Origin: an uncultured Roseateles sp.
GTDB taxonomy: Bacteria; Pseudomonadota; Gammaproteobacteria; Burkholderiales; Burkholderiaceae_C
Length of the DNA stretch: 64,000 bases
Direction of reading: 5' to 3'
NCBI GenBank assembly: GCA_963510335.1
Contig: CAUPEV010000003.1
Location: 232-64,231, forward strand
Positions 1-8,985 of the stretch are shown here, in pieces. Both the position numbers and the translations under genes were made by a program. Every line of letters starts with the position of its first letter. The first letter of the stretch is position 1. The notes beneath the pieces were generated by a model that was given only the letters and a program-made list of their open reading frames with translations, was not told the origin of the DNA and ran no database searches.

Positions 1-301
1 TATCAGCATCGATTGTAGGAGTCAGGGTCACGGTAATGCCCTTGCCGCTGGCTTTGGAAAGCACACCAGCAGCGCAAGTTGTTCCGGTAATGCCAGCGCA
101 AAGATCGGAAGCCTGCTCACTGTGATTCAAGGCCACCTTGATTTTGTCGCCAGCAATGCCGGCCGCTGCCGCAGCGATGTCAGCCTTAGCGATGTAGTTC
201 TGATAAGCCGGCAGAGCCACGGCAGCCAAAATACCAATAATCGCCACGACGATCATCAGTTCGATCAGGGTGAAACCTTGTTGGACGCGCTTCATGTTCA
301 T
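1..301 (-). CDS. pilA: Type IV major pilin (partial; 3' end runs off the window)
   Basis: Reverse strand reads [36 protein letters not shown], a class III signal with G|FTLIE. AGGAG RBS lies 7 nt upstream of the ATG at 301. Not in the ORF track. Confidence 0.93.
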   Translation of the reverse strand, partial: MNMKRVQQGFTLIELMIVVAIIGILAAVALPAYQNYIAKADIAAAAAGIAGDKIKVALNHSEQASDLCAGITGTTCAAGVLSKASGKGITVTLTPTIDAD

Positions 302-353
302 GATGAGACTCCTGGAGAGGGGGTAAATATAGGGGTAGAGGCACCCCCTTGAA

Positions 354-369
354 TGCAGGGGTCGTGCCA
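354..369 (-). promoter_or_regulatory. Sigma-54 (RpoN) -24/-12 promoter of pilA
   Basis: Minus strand TGGCACGACCCCTGCA has exact GG-N10-GC spacing and matches TGGCAC-N5-TTGCA, about 50 bp upstream of pilA. Confidence 0.8.
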
Positions 370-431
370 GGTATTTTTACCCGACATTCCGTGCGCTTTC
401 TCACACTAGAGCGGCCAGCTCTGCCTGTCGC

Positions 432-498
432 TGACAAAAATTGTCACTTTGATGGGCGCGATTTGGTCAGCGGGTTTGTGATGTGACCATTTTTGTCA
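432..498. promoter_or_regulatory. Two TGAC-N7-GTCA palindromes; candidate enhancer sites for a PilR-like activator
   Basis: TGACAAAAATTGTCA (432-446) and TGACCATTTTTGTCA (484-498), about 65-130 bp upstream of the sigma-54 box. Confidence 0.6.
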
Positions 499-595
499 GT
501 TGAAACCCTTCACCGTCCGCCGCCCGCAAGGCCAGTTCGCCATGCCAGGGTTTTGAGTCCTCAGTTTGGGCTGGCTCGACGGCATGACTTCCAAA

Positions 596-627
596 CAAAA
601 AAGAGCGCCGGTGAGGGCGCTCTTTTG
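596..627. terminator. Rho-independent terminator, potentially bidirectional, downstream of the phosphodiesterase gene
   Basis: Perfect 11-bp stem AAAAGAGCGCC-GGTGAG-GGCGCTCTTTT with A/T tails on both sides. Confidence 0.75.
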
Positions 628-680
628 GGCATCGACAAGCCACCGCAACCGCTTGTCCGAAAAGAAGCTGTTCTTGCGTC

Positions 681-1469
681 TTAGAACGCCATCTCATCCC
701 CCGCCTTCAGCGCACTGATGCGATGTGGCGTGGCGAGCGCTGAAACCGCGCCCATCACGGCCTCGTCTTCGCCAGGCTTGATGTGGGTGATGTGAACCTG
801 AACACTGCCACCGAGTTGGGCCAACTCATGGCTGAGCGTGACCGGGCAGAGGTGGCGGCTGACTTGGGCGAGGCGCTGTTCGTCATCGCCAAAAGCGGTC
901 TCTATGACCAGATGCGCCAACGGCATATCGGCCAGGCGCTGCCAAAGCAAGGGATTCGGGCCGGTGTCGCCGGTGAAAACCCAATTACCATCGCGGCCCG
1001 TCACGGCAAAACCAACCGCCGGCACGGTATGCGCAGCGGTGATGACTTCGATTTCGCGTGTTTGTTGATCCGCGCCGACCAGGCGCAAACGCTGGCCCAG
1101 CTCGAACGGGTGCAGGCTGAGCACCGGATGCTCAGCGCTGGGCAGGCGGGTGAAATCGGGCCAGATGACGCCGTTGAAAATGTGGCGGCGCAAGGCCTCC
1201 AGCGTCTCGGGCAAGGCATGGATCTGTATCGGTGGGCGACCGCTTGCTTCGCGGATGCGCAGCACGGCATCGGCCATCAGCGGAATCGCCAGGATATGGT
1301 CCAGATGCGAATGGCTGACCAGAATATGGTCAATCCGCGCCATGGTCTCCAAGGGCAAATCACCAACGCCGGTGCCGGCATCAATCAAGATGCATTCATC
1401 GAGCAAAAAGGCGGTGGTCTTGTAGCCGGACGCAATTGCACCGGAGCAACCAAGGACGCGTATTTTCAT
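681..1469 (-). CDS. MBL-fold 3',5'-cyclic-nucleotide phosphodiesterase (class II-like)
   Basis: MKIRVLGCSG start, IDAGTG, HSHLDH metal motif, GDT and THIKP motifs. Start trimmed to ATG 1469. Confidence 0.8.
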   Translation of the reverse strand: MKIRVLGCSGAIASGYKTTAFLLDECILIDAGTGVGDLPLETMARIDHILVSHSHLDHILAIPLMADAVLRIREASGRPPIQIHALPETLEALRRHIFNGVIWPDFTRLPSAEHPVLSLHPFELGQRLRLVGADQQTREIEVITAAHTVPAVGFAVTGRDGNWVFTGDTGPNPLLWQRLADMPLAHLVIETAFGDDEQRLAQVSRHLCPVTLSHELAQLGGSVQVHITHIKPGEDEAVMGAVSALATPHRISALKAGDEMAF

Positions 1470-1726
1470 GGGTGGATCAAGAATTAATTTTTGCGCCGCT
1501 GCACGTGAAGAGAAAAATAACGGAGAACAGGTGCGGCGCCTGACTGCAATGTACGGTGCCCAGCGCCTAAAGCAAGTGAGCATTACCGGCTTTGTGTGAG
1601 CATTTGATGCTAAGTCGGGCAGAGTAGCTGGGCGCGTGACTTGCATCACATAGAAAAACCACTGCCGGCCGCAGGGCGCACATGCCGCGCTTGTAGGCAT
1701 ACTCGGCGCTTCAACCCGCGTGCCCC

Positions 1727-4700
1727 ATGGCCAAGAAAACTCCTCCTATCGACCTCGATTCGCAACTCACCAGTCTCGCGGGGCAGAGCAAGCTCAGTGC
1801 GCTTGGCGGCTTGTCCTCGCAAAACAAGGAAGAGCTGCTGGCCAAGGCACGCCAAATCAAAGCCGAGATGATGAACAGCAAGCCAGCCCCAAGCGGCGGC
1901 GCCAAGACGGCCGCAACACCGCCCCTGCATGCCGATGATGAACAAGAGGTGTTCGACGCGTTGCTGCTCAGCGGCGGCACTCGCGGTGCGCAGGGCGTGC
2001 AGCAATGGCTGCTCGCCAGCGGCGCGCTGGACCGGGCGCGCGGCCAGCCCTTTGAGCTGAGCCAAACGACACAATGCCTGCAATCCTTGCTGCGCCGCGG
2101 CTTGGTCGAGCAAGTGCCGGGACGTGGCTTTGTGCTCGACCCGCGTGAACACAGCGACCGCCTGCAAATCCTGCTGCTGCGCGAAGAATCTCCGCAATTG
2201 CCGAGCTATTGGCACCGGCTGGCCTGGGTATTGGGCGGCGGCTATGGTGATGTGCGGCGCGAAATCAGCTGGATCAGCTTTCGCTCGCGCGCCGAGATGC
2301 TAGCGATGTTGCGCCTGTATATTTTTTCGGGCGTCAGCCGGGCGGACTTCGAAAAAAGCCTCAAAGGGCCGCTGATGGAGTTGTACGGCGACCCCATGCT
2401 CTTGCTGGACGCGCTGACCCAGCCCTGGATGCCGCTGCTGCTGGACCGCATGGCGGCCGATCTGCGCGCCCATTTGCTGAGCCAGGCGATGAGTTTGCTG
2501 CCCGCGACCGATCCGCGCGCCAAGCTGATGTCACATTGGCTGGAGGGGCGCTTCAAGGCCGAGCCGCTGTCGGTGGCGCCGGGATTGCGCGCGCAGCTGG
2601 CCGAGGCACGCGCGCAGGCGCTGGACTTTGCGGGCATGCGCGATTTGCTGCAAGGCTTGAGTGGCCCCAGCATGGCGATGTTTGATGGCGCCGACCTGGC
2701 CGCGCGCGGCGAGTGGGCGCCGGCGGTGCTTGCCTTTGAAGCGGCCATCAAAGAGATCCGCAAGGCCAGCGGCGCGCGCCGTGACGCGCTGGACCCCGAT
2801 ATGGCACGCATCTATGTGATGTGCCTGTTGGCGCAAGATGACCCAAAGGCATGGGCGGCGGCGCGCAAGTTTTGCATCGGCGAATCAGGCTCGCGCAGCC
2901 CCTCGCCCTATGAAGGTTGGGGCCGCTGGGCTCATGTGATCGGCACCCGCCTGGGCGAAGACAGCCTGGACGAGAATTGCCTGGCCTATGTGCCGGCGCT
3001 GGAGTCGCGCGAGCACAGCTTGGGGCCTGCGGCCGAGCGCTTGTTGCTCGCCGCCTGGGCCGGCAAGGCCGCGCCGGGCTGGGAGGCCCCCGCCGTGCAA
3101 GGTCTGGTGCAGCGCCTGCAGAGCAGCGGCCAGCTGTGGTTGGCCAGCTGGCTGGCGGCTGCCGCGAAGCGCCTGGAAATCGAGCCCATAACGCTGAATT
3201 TGCAGGGCCAAAAAGCGCCCGTGAGCTTCCTCGGTGCGCCGCGTGAGGCCTGGCGCGACGCGCTCGCCGCTATCGCCTCGCTCGGTGACGAAAAAGCCGC
3301 CGCCAAACCAGCGGCCAGCACGACCGAGCTGGCCTGGCAGCTGACTCTGGATGCGCAGGGCCGCGTGCAAGACGTGGAGCCGCTGGAGCGCAGCGTGAGC
3401 GCGCGCGGTGTGGCCAAGCTCAAGCCCATCACCTTGACCAAGCTGAAAAAGAGCGGCGCAGCCGATGCGCGTGACAACGCCGTGCTGCGCCATATCGAGC
3501 GCAGCGTCTACGGCGGCGCCAACAGCTACCAAATCGACGGACCGCAAGCGGCGGTGGCCTTGATCGGTCACCCGGCGCTGATGTTCGCCGATACGCCGGG
3601 TCAATGGGTTGAGCTGGTTGAGGCGCAGCCGGAGCTGGAGGTGCTGAAACGCCCGCGCAAGGATGAGAGCGGCAAAGAAACCGGCGAAGAGCAGTTCGAA
3701 TTCCGTATCCACCCGGCCTTGGTTGGCGTCGAGCCGCCACGCCTGTTCGGCTGGTTCGGCAGCAACCATGAGGCGGAAGCCGCACGGCGCGATTCGCTGC
3801 GGATTCTGCGCGACGGGCCGCAACGCGCGCGCCTGATACGCATCAGCAGCGCGCAGCGGCGCGTCGCCGAGTTGGTGGCGCAAGGCTGGGCGGTGCCGGT
3901 CAGCGCAACGGCCGAGTTAGGCGCGGCGCTGCAAGTCTTGAGCGGACTGTTCCAGCTGCACAGCGATGCCGAGGCCGGCCAGATGGTGGCCGGCGACAGC
4001 CGCTTGCACGCGCGCCTGTTCCCGCTGGGCGACGGCTTGCAGCTGCAATTGGTGGCGCAGCCCTTCGGCGGCTTTGGGCCCGCCGTCACGCCGGGCCAGG
4101 GCCGCGCGCGCCTGATGTGCATGCATGAGGGCGTCAGCCTGGCGACCGAGCGCGACCTGGCCGCCGAACATGCAGCTAGGTTGACGGTGCTCGACGCCCT
4201 GCCTTTTCTCGACCCCGAGCTGGGCCCCGAGTCGCCCTGGATGCTGGCCGATGCGGAGGAAGCGCTGCGTGCGGTCGAGGTCTTGCCCGGCCTGCCCGGT
4301 ATTGCTGCATTGGATTGGCCCAAGGGCAAACCGCTGCGCGTGACGCCGGTCGCCAGCCAGAGCCTGACGGTGCAGGTCAGCAGCGGGCGCGACTGGCTGG
4401 GGCTGAACGGCGAAGCGCAATTGGACGAAGGCCGCGTGATCGGTTTGCAGGAGCTGCTGACGCTGGCGCGGGCCTCGCGCAGCCGCTTTGTGCGCCTGGG
4501 CGAGGGCGAGTATCTGGCGCTGAGCGAGCAGCTGCGCCAGCAGCTGCGCGACCTCGATGCGCTGGGTCAGCTCAAGAAAGACCTGCTGCAGCTGCCGCAC
4601 GCGGTGGCCAGCTGGCTGGATGAGACCTTGATTGATATGGCGGTCGACGGCGATCAATCCTGGCATAGCCGCATGGACGCGCTGGCCGGCGCGGCTGCCT

Positions 4701-6115
4701 CACAGCCCGCATTGCCGCGGGGCCTGCGAGCCGAGTTGCGCAGCTATCAGATGGAGGGTTTCGCCTGGATGACGCGGCTGGCGCAAGCCGGCCTGGGCGC
4801 TTGCCTGGCCGACGATATGGGCTTGGGCAAAACGGTGCAGACCTTGGCCCTTCTGATAGACCGCGCCGAGCTGGGGCCGGCCCTGGTGCTGGCGCCAACC
4901 TCGGTCTGCGGCAATTGGTTGGAGGAAACGGCCACCTTCGCGCCGGGCCTGCGCGCCACGGTCTACGGCGAAAGTTCTGACCCTGCTGACCGAGCCGGCT
5001 TGATCGAAGCGGCCGGGCCCGGTGACGTGCTGGTTGTCAGTTATGCCCTGGCTCAGATTGATGGCGACTTGTTCGCCAACAAGCAATGGGCCACGCTGGT
5101 AATGGACGAAGCTCAGGCGCTCAAGAACGCCGCCACCAAGCGCGCCAAGTCGGTGGCCGAATTCAAGGCCGATTTCCGGCTGGCGCTGTCGGGTACGCCG
5201 GTCGAGAACCGGCTGGCCGATCTGTGGTCCATCATGAACTTGATCAACCCAGGCCTCTTGGGCAGCGCGGCGCAGTTCAGCGAACGCTTCGCCACGCCGA
5301 TCGAGAAACACCAGGATGCGCCGGCCCGCCAGCGCCTGCGCCGCCTTGTCTCGCCCTTCTTGCTGCGCCGGACCAAAACGCAAGTCTTGCAAGACCTGCC
5401 CGCCCGCACCGAGATCGTCCATCTGGTGCAGCCCAGCAGCGAAGAGAAGAGCTTTCTGGAAGCACTGCGCCGCTCGGCGCAAGATGCGGTGGCCAATGCC
5501 TCAAGAGGAGGCCAGGCCGCGCCTATGCAGGTCTTGGCCGAGCTGATGCGGCTGCGCCGCGCCGCCTGCGACCCGCGCCTGGTGGCGCCGGAGTTGGGGC
5601 TGGTGGGTTCGAAGTTAGGCGAGTTCGAGCGCATCGTGCGCGAGCTGGTCGACGGCTCGCACAAGGCCTTGGTGTTCAGCCAGTTCACCGACTTTTTGAA
5701 GATACTGGCCGAGCGCCTCGACAGCATGGGGGTCAAGTACCAATACTTGGACGGCAGCACACCGGCGGCGGAGCGCACCAAGCGCGTGGCCGCCTTTCAG
5801 CGCGGCGAGGGCGAGGTCTTTTTGATCAGCCTGAAGGCCGGCGGCTTTGGCCTCAATCTGACCATGGCCGACTATGTCTTGATCGTCGACCCCTGGTGGA
5901 ACCCGGCCGCCGAAGACCAGGCCACCGGACGCGCCCACCGCATGGGCCAGAAGCGCCCGGTGACTGTTTACCGGCTGGTGACGGCCGGCTCGGTCGAGGA
6001 GCGCATCATCGACCTGCACCGCGACAAGCGCGGCCTGGCCGACGGGATTCTGGAAGGGCAGGAAGAAGCGACGGTGCTGGATGCGCAGGCGCTGGCGGCC
6101 TTGCTGCGGGGCTGA
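1727..6115 (+). CDS. SNF2/SWI2-family DEAD/DEAH-box helicase with long N-terminal extension
   Basis: LADDMGLGKT (motif I), DEAQ (II), LSGTPVEN (III), SLKAGGFGLNL, DPWWNPAAEDQATGRAHRMGQ. Confidence 0.92.
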   Translation: MAKKTPPIDLDSQLTSLAGQSKLSALGGLSSQNKEELLAKARQIKAEMMNSKPAPSGGAKTAATPPLHADDEQEVFDALLLSGGTRGAQGVQQWLLASGALDRARGQPFELSQTTQCLQSLLRRGLVEQVPGRGFVLDPREHSDRLQILLLREESPQLPSYWHRLAWVLGGGYGDVRREISWISFRSRAEMLAMLRLYIFSGVSRADFEKSLKGPLMELYGDPMLLLDALTQPWMPLLLDRMAADLRAHLLSQAMSLLPATDPRAKLMSHWLEGRFKAEPLSVAPGLRAQLAEARAQALDFAGMRDLLQGLSGPSMAMFDGADLAARGEWAPAVLAFEAAIKEIRKASGARRDALDPDMARIYVMCLLAQDDPKAWAAARKFCIGESGSRSPSPYEGWGRWAHVIGTRLGEDSLDENCLAYVPALESREHSLGPAAERLLLAAWAGKAAPGWEAPAVQGLVQRLQSSGQLWLASWLAAAAKRLEIEPITLNLQGQKAPVSFLGAPREAWRDALAAIASLGDEKAAAKPAASTTELAWQLTLDAQGRVQDVEPLERSVSARGVAKLKPITLTKLKKSGAADARDNAVLRHIERSVYGGANSYQIDGPQAAVALIGHPALMFADTPGQWVELVEAQPELEVLKRPRKDESGKETGEEQFEFRIHPALVGVEPPRLFGWFGSNHEAEAARRDSLRILRDGPQRARLIRISSAQRRVAELVAQGWAVPVSATAELGAALQVLSGLFQLHSDAEAGQMVAGDSRLHARLFPLGDGLQLQLVAQPFGGFGPAVTPGQGRARLMCMHEGVSLATERDLAAEHAARLTVLDALPFLDPELGPESPWMLADAEEALRAVEVLPGLPGIAALDWPKGKPLRVTPVASQSLTVQVSSGRDWLGLNGEAQLDEGRVIGLQELLTLARASRSRFVRLGEGEYLALSEQLRQQLRDLDALGQLKKDLLQLPHAVASWLDETLIDMAVDGDQSWHSRMDALAGAAASQPALPRGLRAELRSYQMEGFAWMTRLAQAGLGACLADDMGLGKTVQTLALLIDRAELGPALVLAPTSVCGNWLEETATFAPGLRATVYGESSDPADRAGLIEAAGPGDVLVVSYALAQIDGDLFANKQWATLVMDEAQALKNAATKRAKSVAEFKADFRLALSGTPVENRLADLWSIMNLINPGLLGSAAQFSERFATPIEKHQDAPARQRLRRLVSPFLLRRTKTQVLQDLPARTEIVHLVQPSSEEKSFLEALRRSAQDAVANASRGGQAAPMQVLAELMRLRRAACDPRLVAPELGLVGSKLGEFERIVRELVDGSHKALVFSQFTDFLKILAERLDSMGVKYQYLDGSTPAAERTKRVAAFQRGEGEVFLISLKAGGFGLNLTMADYVLIVDPWWNPAAEDQATGRAHRMGQKRPVTVYRLVTAGSVEERIIDLHRDKRGLADGILEGQEEATVLDAQALAALLRG

Positions 6116-6133
6116 ACCCCAGGCAGAGGCAAC

Positions 6134-6139
6134 TAGAAT
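6134..6139 (+). promoter_or_regulatory. Candidate sigma-70 -10 box for the riboswitch-ribH2 transcript
   Basis: TAGAAT about 30 nt before the aptamer; no clear -35. Confidence 0.4.
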
Positions 6140-6168
6140 CGCGGCGCCTCATCCGAAAAGATGGGGCA

Positions 6169-6461
6169 GCGTTCTCAGGGCGGGGTGAAATTCCCCACCG
6201 GCGGTATTCATGTTTCGGCATGAGAGCCCGCGAGCAACCGCAGCATGTTTTGTGCGGGGTTTGAGGCTTAGAACTTTTGTAGCGAGCGGCCGTCAGGCTA
6301 GGCGGACGGAGCGCAGAAACCGGAGCGTACTTCCTGTACGTGAGGATTTCGAGCATCCGGGCAACGAAGCATGGCGGTTGCGCAGTAAAAAGTTCTCAGC
6401 CTCTCAGCAGATCTGGTGCGATGCCAGAGCGGACGGTCACAGTCCGGATGAAAGAGATCGC
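6169..6461 (+). ncRNA. FMN riboswitch (RFN element), interrupted by a ~141-bp insertion in the P4 region
   Basis: 5' half TCAGGGCGGGGTGAAATTCCCCACCGGCGGT...AGCCCGCGAGC. 3' half CAGCAGATCTGGTGCGATGCCAGAGCGGACGGTCACAGTCCGGATGAAAGAGA. P1 is GCGTTCTC/GAGATCGC. Lies upstream of lumazine synthase; downstream GCCCTGA (6546-6552) is complementary to aptamer TCAGGGC (6175-6181). Confidence 0.93.
6263..6403. mobile_element. Palindromic non-autonomous element (MITE-like; RPE-1/ERIC-like core), copy 1
   Basis: 16-bp terminal inverted repeats GAGGCTTAGAACTTTT / AAAAGTTCTCAGCCTC (15/16 match). Central hairpin GGAGCGTAC-TTCCT-GTACGTGAGG. Homologous copies at 40038-40145 and 45084-45125. Confidence 0.8.
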
Positions 6462-6581
6462 GATGTACACAGCAGCGCCGCGCCGGCCTTCCTTTTTTTG
6501 CGAGAGGAGCCAGCGCGGCGCCGCTGCGTTCGCCTTCGCGCGCTTGCCCTGATTTATGTGTCCAACCTATCGAGGTCCACC

Positions 6582-7112
6582 ATGAATCAGCGATTCAATA
6601 GCAACACCAGCAATTCCGGCGCTCATTTGCGCCGTTTCGCGGCCCATGCGCCGTCCACCCGCATCGCCATCATTTCGGCCGCTTGGCACGCGGACATCGT
6701 CGGCCAATCCCGCGAGGCCTGCCTGGCCGAGTTGCAAGCTCATGGCCTGCCACCCGACCGAGCCGAATGCTTCGAGGTGCCCGGCGCTTTCGAGATCCCG
6801 CTGCATGCGCAGACACTGGCCGCCAGCGGGCGTTTTGATGCGATCCTGGCCTGCGGCCTGGTCGTCGACGGCGGCATCTACCGGCATGACTTTGTCGCCA
6901 GCGCCGTCATCGATGGGCTGATGCGCGTGCAACTGGACAGCGGCGTGCCGGTGTTCTCGGCCGTGCTGACGCCGCATCACTTTCACGAGCACGATGAGCA
7001 TCGGCGTTACTTCAGCGAGCATTTCGTCAAGAAGGGTCGCGAGTTGGCGCAGGCCTGCATGCAGACGCTGGGTGCCAGGCTGGCACTGCAGGACTTGTTG
7101 GCGGGCGCCTAA
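6582..7112 (+). CDS. ribH: 6,7-dimethyl-8-ribityllumazine synthase, type II (RibH2)
   Basis: WHADIV, VPGAFEIP, VVDGGIYRHDFVA and His-rich LTPHHFHEHDEH are typical of RibH2. GAGG RBS before ATG 6582; FMN riboswitch upstream. Confidence 0.92.
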   Translation: MNQRFNSNTSNSGAHLRRFAAHAPSTRIAIISAAWHADIVGQSREACLAELQAHGLPPDRAECFEVPGAFEIPLHAQTLAASGRFDAILACGLVVDGGIYRHDFVASAVIDGLMRVQLDSGVPVFSAVLTPHHFHEHDEHRRYFSEHFVKKGRELAQACMQTLGARLALQDLLAGA

Positions 7113-8044
7113 GCGCCTATAGCCAGGCTCAGCCGCAGCGCACTTTGGAAGTGACGCGGCTGGCCGCTCAAGGGGTCAACAAAGCGCAACTCCTTGGCCA
7201 ATAGTTGCAGCGGCCGGCTGAAGTCGGCCGCTGCCTCATCGCTCGGGTAGGGCAGCAGCTCGGGATAAATGCTGTCGCCGACGATGGGCAGGCCCAGCGC
7301 ATTCATATGCACGCGCAGCTGGTGGCGCTGGCCGGTACTGGGATGCAGGGCATAACGGGCCTTGCCATCGGCGAGCAGCTCCAGCAGCTCGATGCGCGTC
7401 TCTGCATTGGGCTCACCGGCCACCTCGATCGACTGCATAAAGGCCGCAGCGCTCTCTTGCAAACGACTACTGCGCGACAAGGGCAAGCTCAAGCTGGGGT
7501 CAAACGGCGCAATCGCCTCATAGACCTTGGCGACTTGGCGGTCACGGAACAGATTCTGATAAGCCCCACGGCTGTGCGGCTGCACGCTGAACATCACCAG
7601 ACCGGCGGTTTCGCGGTCAATGCGGTGAGCCGGGCTCAGATGCGTCAAGCCGGTGCGCTGCTTGAGCCGGGTCAGCAGCGTCTCTCGCACATAGCGGCCT
7701 CCCGGCGTGACCGGCAGGAAATGGGGCTTGTCGGCCACCAAGAGCCACTCATCCTGAAACACGATGGTCTCGGTGAAGGGGATCGCCGGCTCGACCGCCA
7801 GCTCGCGGTAATAGAACATCCGCCCGCCGCCTTGATAAGGGGCGTCTGCACGCAAGACCTGACCCTGCTCGCCAAAAACACGGGCGTTCTCCATGCGCTC
7901 GACCCAGACCTCGCGCGTCACCGCGGGCATGCGTTGGTCTAAGAAATCCAGCATCAGGCACCATGGCCCGGCCTGCGGCAGCGCAATGGCGCTGGCACTA
8001 ACGCCGTCGCGCAGCGGTAGCTCGGGCAGAGGTTTTCTACTCAA
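7109..8044 (-). CDS. RluA-family RNA pseudouridine synthase
   Basis: DKPHFLPV, HRIDRETAG (catalytic Asp), TGQRHQLRVHM, PIVGD motifs. Confidence 0.9.
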   Translation of the reverse strand: MSRKPLPELPLRDGVSASAIALPQAGPWCLMLDFLDQRMPAVTREVWVERMENARVFGEQGQVLRADAPYQGGGRMFYYRELAVEPAIPFTETIVFQDEWLLVADKPHFLPVTPGGRYVRETLLTRLKQRTGLTHLSPAHRIDRETAGLVMFSVQPHSRGAYQNLFRDRQVAKVYEAIAPFDPSLSLPLSRSSRLQESAAAFMQSIEVAGEPNAETRIELLELLADGKARYALHPSTGQRHQLRVHMNALGLPIVGDSIYPELLPYPSDEAAADFSRPLQLLAKELRFVDPLSGQPRHFQSALRLSLAIGA

Positions 8045-8061
8045 GTGACCGACTCATGCCG

Positions 8062-8985
8062 TCATTCGATCTGTGCGCCGCCGCGGGCGCGCTCGTCCAT
8101 ATAGCGCTTCAGGCGCAGGCGTTCCTGCGGGTCGATATTCGCACCGCGCCACTCGCGAATCCAGCTTTCGCGCTGCGGGTCTTGCGCCAGCTTGCGCACC
8201 GCCAGGTCAATCGCCTCGATCATCTTGCGGCCTTGGGGGTTGCGGCTACAGGCAAAGGTGGCCAGATTGGCGCTGCGGCTTTCGGCCACCGGCAGCTTGA
8301 CGAGATCCGGCCCTGCAGCGTTGGTGCGCAGGTACTCGTCCACGGTACCGGGATATTCCAGGGTGTAGTCCATGCGGCCGGCCCGCAGCATCGCCAGCAA
8401 ATGCATATTGCGCCCGGCCACGACGGTCTTCGGTGCTTGCTCGCCCAACTCCTTCAGCAAGGGGTCGATCTTGACGCCAAATGAGCGATCCCGCGGCAAC
8501 AGGCCGACCAAATCGCTGCGTTGCAAGACCTCGGCCAAACGCGGCACCGGCCCGAAGGATTCGAATTGCGGCAAGGCTTCGCGGCGCACGACCAGGTGTA
8601 CCTGGCGCGAAATCAAGGGCGGGTGCACATGGGTGAAATAGAGCCACTCCAGGCGCTCTGGCGTGACCACATGCAGCGGCGAGCACAGCGCCTGACCTTG
8701 ATGCACCATCGCCTCGAAACGCTGAAAACCGGCATCGATGAACTCATGTCGGTACTGCGGCATCTGCACGATCAAGTGACGCAAGAAGCCATCGATCTCG
8801 CCGTTGGCAAGATCGGCCGGACGCTGCGGTGCTTTGCCGCCGCTATAGCTGAAGTAAGGCGGTATATCTCGCACCAGCCAGGTCAAAACTTCCGGCTCTG
8901 CACGGATAGTCGCCTGGCACAGCGCTGGCGCAGAGACCAAACCCAGCAGCAGCGCGGCTGCCCGCCACCACAATGCCCGCATCAT
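8062..8985 (-). CDS. Periplasmic substrate-binding-like protein (TIGR02285-like)
   Basis: Signal peptide; DIPPY, TPER, MLRAGRMDY and ACS motifs. TGATG overlap with the murA stop. Confidence 0.65.
   Translation of the reverse strand: MMRALWWRAAALLLGLVSAPALCQATIRAEPEVLTWLVRDIPPYFSYSGGKAPQRPADLANGEIDGFLRHLIVQMPQYRHEFIDAGFQRFEAMVHQGQALCSPLHVVTPERLEWLYFTHVHPPLISRQVHLVVRREALPQFESFGPVPRLAEVLQRSDLVGLLPRDRSFGVKIDPLLKELGEQAPKTVVAGRNMHLLAMLRAGRMDYTLEYPGTVDEYLRTNAAGPDLVKLPVAESRSANLATFACSRNPQGRKMIEAIDLAVRKLAQDPQRESWIREWRGANIDPQERLRLKRYMDERARGGAQIE

Noticed and set aside
6210-6581. Open frame running through the riboswitch and the element, in frame with ribH2 (300-aa ORF call)
   Set aside because: No RBS at 6210, it overlaps conserved aptamer sequence, and RibH2 has its own RBS/ATG at 6582. 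Open frames of this length are common at this GC content.
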